Assembly: GCA_013265495.1 (NCBI GenBank) | Contig: MU058213.1 | Span: 7,270,066 to 7,334,065 of the forward strand | Source: Vicugna vicugna | Lineage: Eukaryota | DNA length: 64,000 nucleotides | Direction: 5' to 3' | In this document: piece by piece, positions 1-12,369 of the stretch | Numbering within the stretch: position 1 is the first letter of the stretch | Layout: every line of letters starts with the position of its first letter | The notes under the pieces: model-generated | Databases searched by the model: none | The model's input: the letters and a program-made list of their open reading frames with translations, nothing else | What the model was told of the DNA's origin: nothing | Position numbers and translations under genes: made by a program

Positions 1-1801
1 CGTCTTCCCACATGAGTCACTTTTGTGTCTCTGTGTCTCACCTACTTGATTAAAACAAATCCCAGGAACCGTTGAAATGGTGCTTATTATTCACTAGGCT
101 TCCTGTGCCTTCTGTGGATTCCCATCATTTAATTCCGACAAGGGCAACACGAGGCAGGCGCTCTCGTTTCCCTGGTTCCCAGGTCAAAGAACCAGGGGCT
201 TAGAGAGGCACAGAGACTTCCCCAGAACCTCCCCTCCCCAAGCCCCCAGGATGGGATAAAGCCGGGATCCAAACCATGCGGTTTAATTCCAGGACTCACA
301 CTTTTATCCCTTTTGTTCTCTTAGAAGGGCAACCATTAAGCAGGGCAGAGTAAAGACACAGGTATGCAGAATAAAGGAGCAAGACGAGTCTGCTCTGAAA
401 TTAGTGTTTCCCTTCGGGTTAGCCCCGTTAGCTGGCCACGCCACCACTGCCCAGGCAACTTACAGATTCCTCTTTAATACCACCTCCTCATGTGGGTTAT
501 TCACACGAGACAGCCAGTCTCACCATGTCATGATTTCCCCCGCATATCTGACCGGGAGGATTAAGTTCCCTTCTATTTACCTTATTTACTTCTAAATTCC
601 TTTAGAAAACAAACAAAACAATAACCACAAACCGACTTCAAGGATGCAGAGTCATATCATTAAAGATGTCTGAGTAATGATGCCAACAACTGCAAGGCAA
701 ACCCCTGAGGCTTCCCGCATGCTCTTGCAGCAGCGGCACGGAGCCCGGGACCAATGTCTGGAAAAGGACTACATGTCTTTGGATGCCTCAGCTTTGAAGG
801 ATCTGGGGCAAGAGAGCAAGCAGATACACCTTACTGTTTGCAACACCATTTCTCACCGAATCAGTGGAGCAAGTGCCTGTGGAAAGCTCGGGGAGTGGTA
901 CAGCTGAGAACCAGAGAAGAGACTTTTCTTTGGGACTAAGTCAACAGAGTCATGCTCACAAGTCTAGCTATCAAATACCAAACAGGGGGGTCAGGCGGGG
1001 TTATAAGGTGAGAGCCGTTGAAGGGAGAGAGAGGTAAGCCTGGATGACTCAGATACACACTAACCTTTGCATTTCAGACAGAATGAGGGCTTGGTCTTCC
1101 TTACTTCCCCTTTCCCCCTTTTAAAAAAACTCTTCATTTCAGTATTCCTTGGGATTTCTCAGAAGATTTGGGAAGGTAAAATGATAAAGCATTTAAAGCT
1201 AATGAACACCTAAGAGGAGAAAGATTATAGGAGGAAGAGAGGTAGAGAGTATGGTAGGTACCTTCCTTCCTACAGGTAGACATGCTCTTAAATGTAGAAG
1301 CAGAATCTTGATTGACTGGGAGCGATCCTGGAGAGGGTCCCCTTGAGAAATGGGACACTAGTTCTAGGGGTTGGGGAGTTCGAGGCCACACAGAACTTAG
1401 TGACAGCATAAGCCAGTGCTTGGAGTTTTGGGGCGGAATTGAGCGAATGTGTATAAAGAAGAGAGAGAGTGCTGAAGCTGTGAGTCAGCTGGGAGAGATA
1501 TTAAGTACACAGTTTTGAAGTTTTAACTTTTAAAAGCTGAGCTAATGAATTACTTCTTTGGCTTTCTTAAACGTTCACTTTGTATGGATGTCAAAATATA
1601 TGGAGATGTGCCATTATAAGCATGGTGGGCTTGGGCGGAGGGCCACCATGATGAATTTCAGGGTAGGAAGCAGTACTCGGTGTGACTGTGGCACGCTACC
1701 ACCACCTAGTGGCACCACACTAACGTGCAGTTACTGCAAAGGGGATTAGAGTAATATAAACACGCCCTGCGAGATGAAAGGAATTTGAGAGACGATCAGA
1801 T

Positions 1802-2061
1802 TTAGTTCTCAAACAGACGGTGTACCAGAATCATCCATGGAGCTTTTATAAAATACACCTGAGATCTATTGAACCAGAACATTCAGGGGCATAGTCCCAG
1901 ACATACATACTAGTTTGAACCCTGTGAAATCTCCATTTTTGTATGTCAAAAAAGAAGAAATGTATGTAAGTAAGTAAGAAATGTACCATACCTTTTGTAT
2001 GGTAAACATTTTAACAAAGCTCCCTGAAGACTCTGCTGCCTTCCCCTACTTAAGAGCCAGA
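1802..2061. mobile_element. MER5-like hAT-Charlie relic, interrupted by a MADE2-like insert
   Basis: tagttctcaaac...cagaatcatccatggagctttt and attttaacaaagctccctgaagactctg...ttaagagcca halves resemble MER5. Confidence 0.55.
1909..2007. mobile_element. MADE2-like mariner MITE
   Basis: tagtttgaaccctgtgaaatctccatttttgtatgtcaaaaa ... ttttgtatggtaaac resembles the recalled MADE2 consensus ends. Confidence 0.55.
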
Positions 2062-2069
2062 GATCTACT

Positions 2070-2195
2070 CTAGTTTTCTGATTTTTTGCAGATAACCAAA
2101 CTGAGACTCAGAATGGTAAGTGTCTTGTTCAAGGCTGTCCCACCACTCAGTGTCAGTGCTAGGACTCAAACCTCAGTGTCCTAATTTTAAGTGCA
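2070..2195 (-). mobile_element. MIR SINE fragment
   Basis: ttttgcagataaccaaactgagactcagaatggtaagtgtcttgttcaagg...aggactcaaacc is a reverse MIR core. Confidence 0.6.
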
Positions 2196-2512
2196 GTGCC
2201 CTCTCACGTAAACATCTCTCCTGAAGTGCTGGGACTAACAAAACTGGTGTCGAACAGTCTCGACGTCCTCACACACATCAACCTTCTGCCTCCATTTCCA
2301 CCACTTCAAAGACAACTAACTCTTCACTGTTTCCTCCCTTATTTCACCCAGCCTCTCAAAGTGCCTTTCACTGGGTTTTATTTCTGATTTCTGCCTGTTT
2401 TCTGGAAAATTCGATTGCCTAATTGAAAAAAAAAAAGACCACCCTGGCTGTATACTATGAAATTTTGCATCGATCCCACTAGACTGGAGCTCCCCATGGC
2501 CAGGACTGAGGA

Positions 2513-3309
2513 CATGATGTGTGGCAGAAAGCTCATACTGGGGTTGCAAGAGATAAATGTTAACATTTTGGGAATTCTGTGAACCAATTGTTAAACGTAA
2601 CTCTGATAAAACCTTAACTTATTATTTCATTACTATTTTGCTATTATTATCCCTGTCCTTGAGGTTATTTACATCATTTATTGCATGACAGTGTGCATCC
2701 TTCCCCTGCGTGCAGTGAGATGTCACGCTGGGAGCCTTGAAGTTCACCATGTGGTGGGAGGATTTACACCACGGAAATGGGCAACTGATGCAAATCAGGG
2801 CTTGATTTATTGCTCTGCTTACTGTCTAGATTTAAACAGTGATGAGGAAAACATTAACAATGTGGGTTAAACTTAAAAGTATGCCATGTCTGTAGCCATC
2901 ACAATGTGAACTGCTCCCAAAAAAGGGAGGACATACTCTTGTAGTTTTAAAAAACACTATCTGATTCAACAAAGAAGTTGCTCACGTCATCACTGACGAC
3001 TGAGTGAAGTTCCAAAACAAGTTTTTCCTCGTTTCACTTTCCTCTTATTCATTAATGTAAATGATAAATGGTGTTGGCGCTACAGTCTTTGGTCCACTGC
3101 AACCACAGGTACGGATTCCAGAAAAATCATTGAGTGCATTCCGGAAGGATCAATCGCCTATATGAAGCTGATTAAAGAATACTGTAGATTTTACTATTTG
3201 TAAATTGTGTGAAATGGTATCCGTGGAACATATACTAAAGTGACGCACATACATATTGACACTGTTTTCCAGAGAGTCGGTGGTTAGAAACTGACTAGCA
3301 CGTGCCTGG
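2513..3309 (-). mobile_element. MER63-family (long, MER63C/D-like) hAT-Blackjack DNA transposon
   Basis: Diagnostic ggtgggaggatttacaccacggaaatgggcaa...aaatcagggc at about 2750-2800; degenerate terminal repeats catgatgtgtggc... and ...ctagcacgtgcctgg. Confidence 0.75.
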
Positions 3310-3559
3310 ACGGAGCTGTCTTTGCTGCATCCCCAGCTTTTCACCAGGCTGTCGGAACGGCTGCCCTCCATTTTGGACAGGCACCTACCCAAAGCTGTGG
3401 CTTGGCCTTCCACAGCCTTATCACCCCCACCGCCAATACACACACACTCTCCAGAAACGTCAGACAAATGGCTTGATTTTCATTCCAAACAGAATGTACT
3501 CTGACCCACTGACCACTTCCCAGGCTCCTCTCCTCCCGTGTTTTCTTGCTCAGTCAAGG

Positions 3560-4200
3560 GCACCTTGTTCACCCTTTAAAGACATGGGCGTCCCTGTCTC
3601 CTCCTCACCCACATCCATGTAGTCACCAAATTAGACTGTTTCTGGCCACTTACATGTTTCTCAAATCCATCTACTTTTCTCCATCTTTACTGCAATTTTC
3701 TCAGATTCCCTTATCTCCCATCTCCTGAATGGGTTATTACACAGCCTCCCAGCTGCTCCCTGCTCCCATTCTCTCTCCCTCCGACACATCTTTACAGTCA
3801 CTGAAGACCTCTTTCTAAAACATAAACTGATCAAGTCACTTCCCTGCTTATTAGCCCTCAGTGGCTCCCTGCTGATGACCAGGCTATGACCACCTGTCCA
3901 GGCAGCTGCATTAGTTACATTCGGTCCTCCTCCCAAAGTCACACTCTGGCCAAATCTAAACTACCACGTTCATAGGTTCTTAAAGGACACCACCCCCTCA
4001 GCCTGTCCTGGAAGCGCTCCATCTTCAGGATTCACCTTCTCTGACCTTGCCCCTCCCACATGCACCCGTAGAGTCCTGTAGGTAACCCCCGCAGAGTCCT
4101 TAACCTGCTGTAGTACTGACCTGTCTCCCTCACTTTGCTTTGTTTCTTTCCAGTAGCTAACCCAGTACAGCAGTCAACAAATACTTGTGGAGTGAATGAC
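3560..4200 (+). mobile_element. L2 LINE 3' fragments
   Basis: tctcaaatccatctacttttctccatc, acagcctcccagctgctccctgc, and the terminal caacaaatacttgtggagtgaatga typical of L2. Confidence 0.6.
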
Positions 4201-4239
4201 TAGTGGAAAAATGAGACCATGATAAAAAACAGTGGTGAC

Positions 4240-4432
4240 AGTCATATGCTGAGCTACACCAGGCACCGTGTAGGACACTTTGCAAACATGATTTATTTGC
4301 AACTCACAACAACCTTGCAAAGCAGGTATTTTTATATCTGTGTATACATGAGAAAACTAAAGTTCAGCGAGGTTAAACCATCTGTTCAAAGTAACATAGT
4401 AGATAAGAAGAGAAGCCAGGATTTGAATTCCT
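4240..4432 (-). mobile_element. MIR SINE
   Basis: ctcacaacaacctt...gagaaaactaaagttcagcgaggttaa...ccaggatttgaattcc. Confidence 0.7.
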
Positions 4433-5912
4433 GAACCCTGGGGTGCATCTTATCCCAAAGGTCAGAGACAACTTAATGCACTATCCAAAAAGCATCCAGA
4501 CAAACAGGCAGGGCAGAACAAAAACAAACAACCAAACAAGTAAAAAGTCCCATTTTTCAGTTGTGCAGTCAAAGTTCCATACAGTGGTTCAGAGACAAGG
4601 TGAGGGAGATGGCATTTTATAGGATACTGAGTACCAGGTTTATGCATGTAGAGAAACACTTTCCTTTGCTAGATCTTCTTAATAAAAAAAAAAAAGCTGT
4701 GAAATATACATGGCATTTCCTACTGGGGTTACTAACAGTTTCGCCCCAAAGTGGGTGGTGGCTGGACAGAGCCATGTGGATGTGGCTGGGAGGAGCTCGA
4801 CCCCGGTTTACTAGGGTATCTGGCTCTCAGGGGGCTCCCCTCCTGCTCTGGGCTCCTTCTTAGTGAGGCACAGGCTGAAATGCTGATCCGATGTTTGGTC
4901 TTTTGACAATTTTCACTTAATGAATTGATTCCTACAGTTCATTAACATACCCACTTCCACGTCTGTATACACATATGTCTTAATTAGCTGCTCATTGGCT
5001 GTTTAATTACAAGAAAACAGCTGACAGCTGCCTTGCTGAATTCTAATGGCAGACGCATTGGAAGGGCTACACATTTGCTTCTGACAACCAAGATTTATTC
5101 ATAACTCTACGATTTATTGTGAATGCTCATATGCCTGCCCGCGTTATTGTATTTTCTGACACAACTAAAATTTCGGGATCTGGGGGACTGTGGACTCATT
5201 CCATTTCCGAGGTGGAGAAGAGCAGAGAATCCTAGATGGAAAGGCATGAACTCTGTTGCAATTTTATTTATTTTGGGAACTTTCTATTGGAATGTTCAGC
5301 AGTATGGGGGTGAGGAAGAAGAAATATCTTGGGATAAACGTGGGCAGAAAGTTCAGTATGCAAAGTTAAGAAAGAAGATAATTGGCAACTTAATTTTATT
5401 GAGTGGTAGAGAGAGGGCACGCGTAGATTAAAATCAGGGCGAGGAAGAGGTGGAGGAAATGATAAAATTAAAATGGGGGGGAGGCAGGAATAACAGTCTC
5501 CGGAGAAGCAGATGAAGAAGGAAGTTTGTTCTTTAGACAAGAACAGGCAGCTTCATTCACCAACGTGAGCTGTCCAGCCCCCACACTCGTGCATCTGGTA
5601 GCAGTAAATCATGGAAACGTGGATCTGCTCAACTACTTCCCCATGCAGTAATGACTGGCCTCCCAGTAGCATTGTACGTGCAAATGATCTCCAATTAAAG
5701 CTGACCTCATGTGCCGTATCTGGCAAGTGTAGATGTCTGCTTTGGTATACGGTGACGTGCTAGCCTTAGATCCAATCCAAGTGGACATGTTCAGCACTGG
5801 TGATTTCCAAGCAAGCATGAGGGGCCCTCCTCTGAGCCAGACACCATGTTAGACCCTATCTGAGACAGGGTCCCAAGCCCAGGGTTTTCTATGAGCTGAG
5901 GCATGATTAAGA

Positions 5913-5924
5913 TCAAACCAAAAA

Positions 5925-5974
<50 letters not shown>

Positions 5975-6011
5975 CCCAAAAAAAAAAAAGAAAAAGAAAA
6001 ATACAAAAAAA
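5913..6011. repeat. Long A-rich / poly(A) tract
   Basis: About 100 bp nearly all A, including an uninterrupted run of more than 40 A. Confidence 0.9.
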
Positions 6012-6718
6012 CCCCTCAAATAACCAAATCATCTTGATGCAAATTGGGGTTTAGCACATCCTACTGCTTGTGCGTTTCATCAAAGGCGTGCAAGATTTTG
6101 CTAAATAAAAAATGTTTTCTTATCACCCCTGTGTAACGGAAATGAAACTCTGATGCCACAGGATATAATAAGAGTCGAGTCTAACTTTCATTTTAAATGG
6201 CTAGCTTGAACGCTGGGACCAAGTGTTATAAAACATTACAGTAAAAATGTTGAGCATGAATGTATCAATGTGAGAAGTGGACAAAATTGATCCAGGACTA
6301 GTGATATTTTACAACTAAAATAAAAATATTAGAATCCTCTGAAAAACAATTTGGCCTAAAAGGAACGTTTATAGACATGTCTTTAATCTAATGCATAAAA
6401 AGCTCCAGAAATTGCTTTAACTCTTCAGGAAAAAAAAAAGTACCAATTATTCATTCTGGATATCTTTGAAAAGACTTTTTATTGTTAATTTCGGATAGCA
6501 TATTTGTTAATGCAAAGAAACTATCCCACAGTCTCCTTTAATGGGCAGAAGAGGAAGCTTTGCAGAAGATATCATCTTAAATGTATTCAATGAATAAATA
6601 TTTGACAGATGGACTCTGTTCTTAGACTGATCAAGAGGCAAAGGGTCTTAATTGGAATCAAAAGTCAATTCACTAACTTCAATACTCAATTGTACAGTAT
6701 TATTGTAAAAGTTATAGT

Positions 6719-6945
6719 AGAGGGGGATAAATTTGGAATTTGGGATTAACAGATACACACTACTATATAGAAAATAAACCACAAGGGCCTACTGTACAGC
6801 ACAGGGAAGTCTATTCAATATCTTGCAATAACCTATAATGGAGAAGAATCTGCAAAATAATACATATATGTATATGTATAACTGAGTCACTCTGCTGTAT
6901 ACCTGAAATATTGTAAAGCAATTATACTTCAATAAAAAATTTTTT
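6719..6945 (+). mobile_element. 5'-truncated artiodactyl-type L1 3' UTR with TSD
   Basis: ggataaatttggaatttgggattaacagatacacactactatata...acagcacagggaa...cttcaataaaaa; TSD TAAAAGTTATAGT (6706-6718) / TAAAGGTTATAGT (6946-6958). Confidence 0.9.
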
Positions 6946-6962
6946 TAAAGGTTATAGTTGAA

Positions 6963-7758
6963 TGATGACTATAGCTGACACTGCTGTATGGTATATAGGA
7001 AAGTTGCTAAGAGAGTAAATCCTAAAAGTTTTCATCACAAGGAAAAAAACAATGTTTTCCTTTCTTCTTTTCTTCTTTCTTTTCTTTTTATTGTATTTGC
7101 AGTTGATCCTTGAATGATATGAGGGGGTTAGGGGCTGCAGACCCCCGTGCAGTCAAAAATCCACGTGTAAGATTTGACTTCCCCTAAACTTAACTACTAA
7201 CAGTCTACTGTTGTCCGGAAGCCTTACTGATAAAACAGTCGAGTAACACGTATTTTGTATGCTTTATGTATTATATACTGTATTCTTACAGTAAAGCAAA
7301 ATTAGAGAAAAGAATTTGAAAAACATGAGAGAGAAAATAGATTTATAGCACTATACTATATTTATCAATATCACAAGTTTATATCCTTTGTGGTCAAGAT
7401 GAATTACCTGTCTGTGAGTACTTACATCAAGGTTGTCTTACATGACACTGGAGATGCTATATGTATTACTAACATTAGGCATCAAAAATGAAAAGATAAC
7501 GTTAGAAAGAAATGTATATTTACTTACAAAATATTTTCCAATATATTTATTGAAAAAAATCCGTGTGAGTGTAAGTAAGTGGACCCGCGCAGTTCAAACC
7601 CATGTTGTCCAAGGGTCAACTGTGTTTGTGAGAAGATGGATGTTAGCTGAAAGAGCTGTGGCAATCATTTCCCAATATATATAAATCAAACCACCATGCT
7701 GAATGCCATAAATTATGCAGTGATGTTTGTCGATTATTTCTCAGCAAAAGTGGGGAAA
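6963..7758 (+). mobile_element. Older L1 3' end (L1MA9/10-like), split by a Tigger2 insertion
   Basis: gaaagttgctaagagagtaaatcctaaaagttttcatcacaaggaaaaaa (6999-7048) resumes at 7623 as agaagatggatgttagct...gtcgattatttctcagcaaaagtgggaaaaa. Confidence 0.75.
7100..7622. mobile_element. Tigger2-derived non-autonomous DNA transposon (Tigger2a-like, TcMar)
   Basis: TIRs CAGTTGATCCTTGAA (7100-7114) and TCCAAGGGTCAACTG (7608-7622); internal aaacttaactactaacagtctactgttgtccggaagccttac and agtggacccgcgcagttcaaaccc. Confidence 0.85.
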
Positions 7759-8849
7759 AAAATTGTGGTTGAAACTATAGAGCCAAAAAGTCTAAAAGGA
7801 TATGGTTAAAAAAGCCTGTGTGGGTGTTTTTTATCTTGAAATAAATGATCGTCTCACCAGCCTCTGAGCAGCCACTGCATCTAATGATGATGTAAAGAAC
7901 GGAAGGTGAATGATAAACAGGACCATTTCTCAAAAGGAAACCTCAACCAATGGTCATTTTTCTCTAAACACTTCAGCCTTTGGATTCACTTTGAAGAGCA
8001 AACCTTACCATAACACCTGCAGGCTTTCGTTTTATTTCTGCCCTTGTCTTCTGCCCATATGCTCCTTGACCCAGCCCCTCCTCCCCAGCAGGTCTGCCCA
8101 GCTTACCTTACACCCCATGCTAGTGCCCATCCAGGGCTGGGACTAAATTCTGTTCCAAGAGCTCAGAAATGTCTTTACTGACAGAACTAAGCCCTTGCCG
8201 GCCTGGATTCAATGTTCTTCTGAAATGCAACATTCAGGGCTGGCCCAGTGCTAGTTAGTATACTGTTCCCTCCTTATTTTAAAAGAACAATGAACAAATT
8301 TTATAATAAAAACCTTGGCATAACAGAGCTCTTAATAATTTTGGGAATGGCAGCACCTGTCTCTCTTTATCTTCCATGATGCACATTAAGTGGTCCTTTG
8401 CTCCAGTGAAACTGGGTTGTCTCTTGTCCCCAGAATGCAACCAAGACTTCCCGGTTTCTAGCCCCTTGCTGCCCAGTGGTTGTGTGCTTCCTGGGTCACT
8501 TCATAGACTGCAGCCTTCCCCTGGTATTGGGTTCCTGCATTGCTATTCAGCTCCTCCTGTGAGGGCCTCAACTCTACAACTAGGATGTAAACACTCAAGG
8601 AGAGGACTGTCTTCTCTGTGTCTGAGTCCCTGATAGTGCTGACAGAGCACCCGAGAGCGTGCTCATTGTTGGTTGTTTTTATTGGCAGAGTCTATACAAC
8701 AGATCACAAACGGTCACAAAATCAAGACTGGACCCACAGGTGTCCTGGAAATAGCATATGACTCCACAGAGCACATCACCCAGGCATGGGGCGTTTGCCT
8801 ACGAGTGAGAAGAACAAGGACCAGTACCCAGTGAGGGCTTGTTATCTGC

Positions 8850-9010
8850 CTGGCACTCGTGCAAGTGCCTAAATGCACGTGATCACTCTCTGCAGGAACT
8901 CCAATCACTGTCCTCATTTTACCGTTGGGGAAACAGGCGCAGAGAGGCTGGGCAGCTGCTCAGGCTGGTAGAGAGCAGAACAGGGTTCAATCCCAGGCAG
9001 TCTGGTTCGA
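8850..9010 (-). mobile_element. MIR SINE
   Basis: tcctcattttaccgttggggaaacaggcgcagagagg...gggttcaatcccaggcagtctg. Confidence 0.7.
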
Positions 9011-9222
9011 GTCTGGGCGTAAGGATGACACTATGCTGTCTTTCTACACGTGGTGAAAGGGACTGGGAGATGGTGAGCTGGGAACACCTTGGGGCCAGCG
9101 AGAGACCTACCAAAACATCCACCACTTTTGTTGTTCATGTGCAGTGCTAACCTGAGCAAGGGGGAAACAGAGAATCATTTCAGCAGTTAAATAGCTTCTC
9201 TGGTTTCTGGTTGTTGATTTTT

Positions 9223-9527
9223 GTTTCTTTTATTATTTTATTTTAAATTTATTTTTAATTGCATTTTTTATTGAAGTGTAGTTGATTTACAATGTTAGTT
9301 CCAGGTGTACAACAAAGCAATTCAGTTATACATACACAAACATATATATATATGTATTTTTTTTCAGATTCTTTTCCATGATAGGTTATTACAAGAAATT
9401 GACTATAGTTCCCTGTTCCATACAGTAGGACCTTGTTGTTTATCTGTTTTATATATAGTAGCATGTATCTATTAATCCCTTCCCTGCCTTTTCTCCTTTG
9501 GGAACCATAGTTTGTTTTCTATGTTCA
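9223..9527 (-). mobile_element. 5'-truncated artiodactyl-type L1 3' UTR with perfect 14-bp TSD
   Basis: ttttattgaagtgtagttgatttacaatgtt...tatagttccctgttccatacagtaggaccttgttgtttatc; TSD GGTTGTTGATTTTT at 9209-9222 and 9528-9541. Confidence 0.92.
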
Positions 9528-12079
9528 GGTTGTTGATTTTTAAAATGCAATTTAAAGTACATTCACAAAACAATTAGCTCAGAAAATGACTGAGTCACTA
9601 TTTTTTCCTCTCTCATTAGGTATCTATCTGTATATTCAATTAGAAATTTTCCTGAAGCCTAATGATACCATCACACAGATACATTCGTTACAGTTTGTCA
9701 TAATATAACCGCCTTCACCTGGTCACAACATGATACATCATCAAAATTAGTGGCAAAAGCAGAGTCTCCTGACTTCACCACAACCAGAGATAAAAACCTT
9801 AGCTGTAGCGGAGAAAAACTATAATGCAGAACAAATACTATACACATCGAATGTAAACACGTACCACTGTATAAGTCCCAGGCTGGGCAGAGGCCCAATT
9901 TGTTAACAAAATTCAGTTTTAATTGTTTGTTTTTCTGACTTCCATCGCATAGAATCAATAGAACGAAGGAACAGAAGCAAAGATAACCAAAAAACACTTT
10001 GGCACTGAGGCTATCCAGGGTCTGGAAGGGGATCTAGAAAAATCACAGAAATAATGGCTGCCTTTTGCTTTCTTATTGCTTTTATTTTTGTCATAAATAA
10101 ACACTGGGGCGAAAAGAAAATACACATTGTTTGTGCCTCTGTAAACGCAGCAGTATTCAGAGAATCAAGTCAAATTTCATTGACAAGCATGTTGTTCATG
10201 CATCTTCTGAAATGCTGGGGTGTTGCATAGGCAGTGGCCCCACCCCTCCCTGGCCCTGCTGTGGCCGCCACTCCTCGGCCCCGTACTCGCTCCAGTTTGC
10301 CCCACAAAATGACTCGTGGCATTACTGAGAGACCCAGAGCGAGGGGGCAGTTTCCTGGGCATGAGACGCTACCCGTGGTTATTAATGCCTAGGACCGTGT
10401 CCACTTAAGAAATCCCTAGGTGACAGGTGATGCACCAAAATCAAGTCTGCTTGGAGCTCCCGGTAGCAGGGCACCGCTGTCCCTATGCCCTTTATCACGG
10501 AAGTCCATGTCGCCTTCTCCCAAGAGGTGTGACAGAGTGGGGAAGGGGGAGGTGTGACAGCTGCCCGACCACATCAGCCAAATTAACTCCCCGAATCAGT
10601 GGGGTGACAACTGTCCCAGGTGGATCCCTCTCCTGCTTACATCTTGGGATAACACAGGCCAGGAGGTTGACTGCGTTTGGTTTAATTTAAGTAATTTTGA
10701 GGGAGGGCAAATTTAGAAAATAATTTTTTTTCCTTGGGAATCCAGAACCTTGAGGCCTCAAGGGCTACCACAGAGACGAATGATTCAGTATCCCCTTTGG
10801 GCAGCAAGCTCTCTATTCCTAAAAGGTGGATAAATAAAATTAAAAAAAAATTAAGTCTGGTAGGTGGTGTGTAGAAATCTCCAGCTGCCCCAGGATGGGC
10901 TCAGTATGAAGCATTTGCACCTGTGCAAAGTGGCAAAAGGGTGACGAGGATGAACAGTAAACCAAAGACTTAAGGAAATTCTGGGGCAAATGTCCCTGAA
11001 GCCTTTCTCAGTAGTTATTTGTGTCTGAAGGTGGTTTTGTGTTTTATGACGCTGTATTTTCTAACTTTACTAAAGGAAGGCTAACCAAATTTGTAGATTT
11101 TATTTTTTTGCTTCAGCCTCAAACTGCCTTAGGGCTAAGTGAGGCCCGACTCGGGGGCAATCAATGGTCTCGGAGGCCTCCTGCAGGTCTAAAGGGTGTC
11201 TCTCCTGTTTATTTTGCACTGTTTTATCCTGTAAGCTGTCTCAAGGCTCTTCCAATACAAGCAGGAGGATTTAACTCTTAATACAGTGAAACCTGAATAA
11301 CAGAACAATCTAGGTTTGGGGGTCTTGAATGATTAGGGTAAACAGCTCTATTTTCCATTCCCACATCGATGCACCAGCTGGTATCCGCTGTCCCGAGACC
11401 AGTGTCAGTAATACTTAAAACCGTAACAACAGCAATTAGACTCTTGGATTTAAATAGCACTTTTCAGTTTGTACGGACTTTTATTTACAGCGTTAAATAG
11501 TCTTGGAAGGGGTCTAAAAGGTGGGAAGAATGTCACTTTACAGATGAAGAAAGAATCGCTGAAAGATTAAGACATGCCCCAGAACAGCAGGGACAAAGGG
11601 AGACACCAGTTTGAAACTCAAGTTCTTTGCAAAACCCCGGCCAACATTTGGCCAGATGTGTCAACATCTGTGAGCCAACAATAAGACTTTCAATCGCATT
11701 CCCATCAAACTTTTTGGAAATGCCTTCTTATAAAGCTAATAACAGGGACATTACGGAAGTCTAGAGTCATCTCTTTTTTTTTGGAAAAAAAGAGAACCAA
11801 AGAGATTGTTCACCAGATCAATCAGTTCTGGGACTGGAAGCGACAAACAAGCAGCATTCAAAAACTTTTCTGATACCGGCCTCCCGTTATTTCGATGGGA
11901 GGAGTAAAAACAGACATAACTTCCTCAGTCGTAATGAACATCCAAATATTTATTTTCTCCTGTCATTTCTCGTCACTCAAAATGCCAAGGAGTTGAATTT
12001 TTAGACAGAGAAGTCAAAAAAAAAAAAATCACAGAGCTACATCCTAACACGAATGGAAACAACAATTAAAAAGGCTTAC

Positions 12080-12165
12080 CTTGCAGCCTTCACATGTAAT
12101 GACACCATAATGGATCCCTGATGATTTGTCTCCACAGATCTTGCATGGAATAATTTCAATTTGAG
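12080..12165 (-). CDS. RORA: RORA internal coding exon (first exon shared by the isoforms): first C4 zinc finger / P-box of the nuclear receptor DNA-binding domain
   Basis: Minus strand reads ttctgttgcAG|CT CAA ATT GAA ATT ATT CCA TGC AAG ATC TGT GGA GAC AAA TCA TCA GGG ATC CAT TAT GGT GTC ATT ACA TGT GAA GGC TGC AAG|GTaagc = [29 protein letters not shown]. 86 nt, canonical AG/GT, phase 1 in and phase 0 out. IEIIPC matches RORalpha; RORbeta and RORgamma have IEVIPC. Confidence 0.97.
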
Positions 12166-12369
12166 CTGCAACAGAAGCACGCAACCGGTTAATTACATTT
12201 TCTTTTAAACACCTTATAAAAGCGTTCCCTGATCAGCATTTGTATAGTGAAAACTAATAACCTGCTAAACATTATACTGCATTAACTATTCATTGCTGAA
12301 CTGTGAGGGTCCCCCTAGAGCACTGGACTAAATTATGGCTGCTCGTTATATAATAGCTTTCGGGTTATT

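Larger units (their letters stand above)
1..12079 (-). other. RORA: RORA intron downstream of the zinc-finger exon (partial)
   Basis: Starts at the GTAAGC donor at 12079. The next expected exon (GFFRRSQQSNATYSCPRQ...) was not found in 1-12079, so it lies left of the window. Confidence 0.85.

Noticed and set aside
1642..1749. GCCACCATG Kozak opening a 33-aa + strand ORF (possible antisense micropeptide)
   Set aside because: One 9-mer match in 128 kb of both strands is near chance, and there is no other coding evidence.
11770..11795. Hairpin TCTCTTTTTTT-TTGG-AAAAAAAGAGA
   Set aside because: Low-complexity A/T arms, common by chance.
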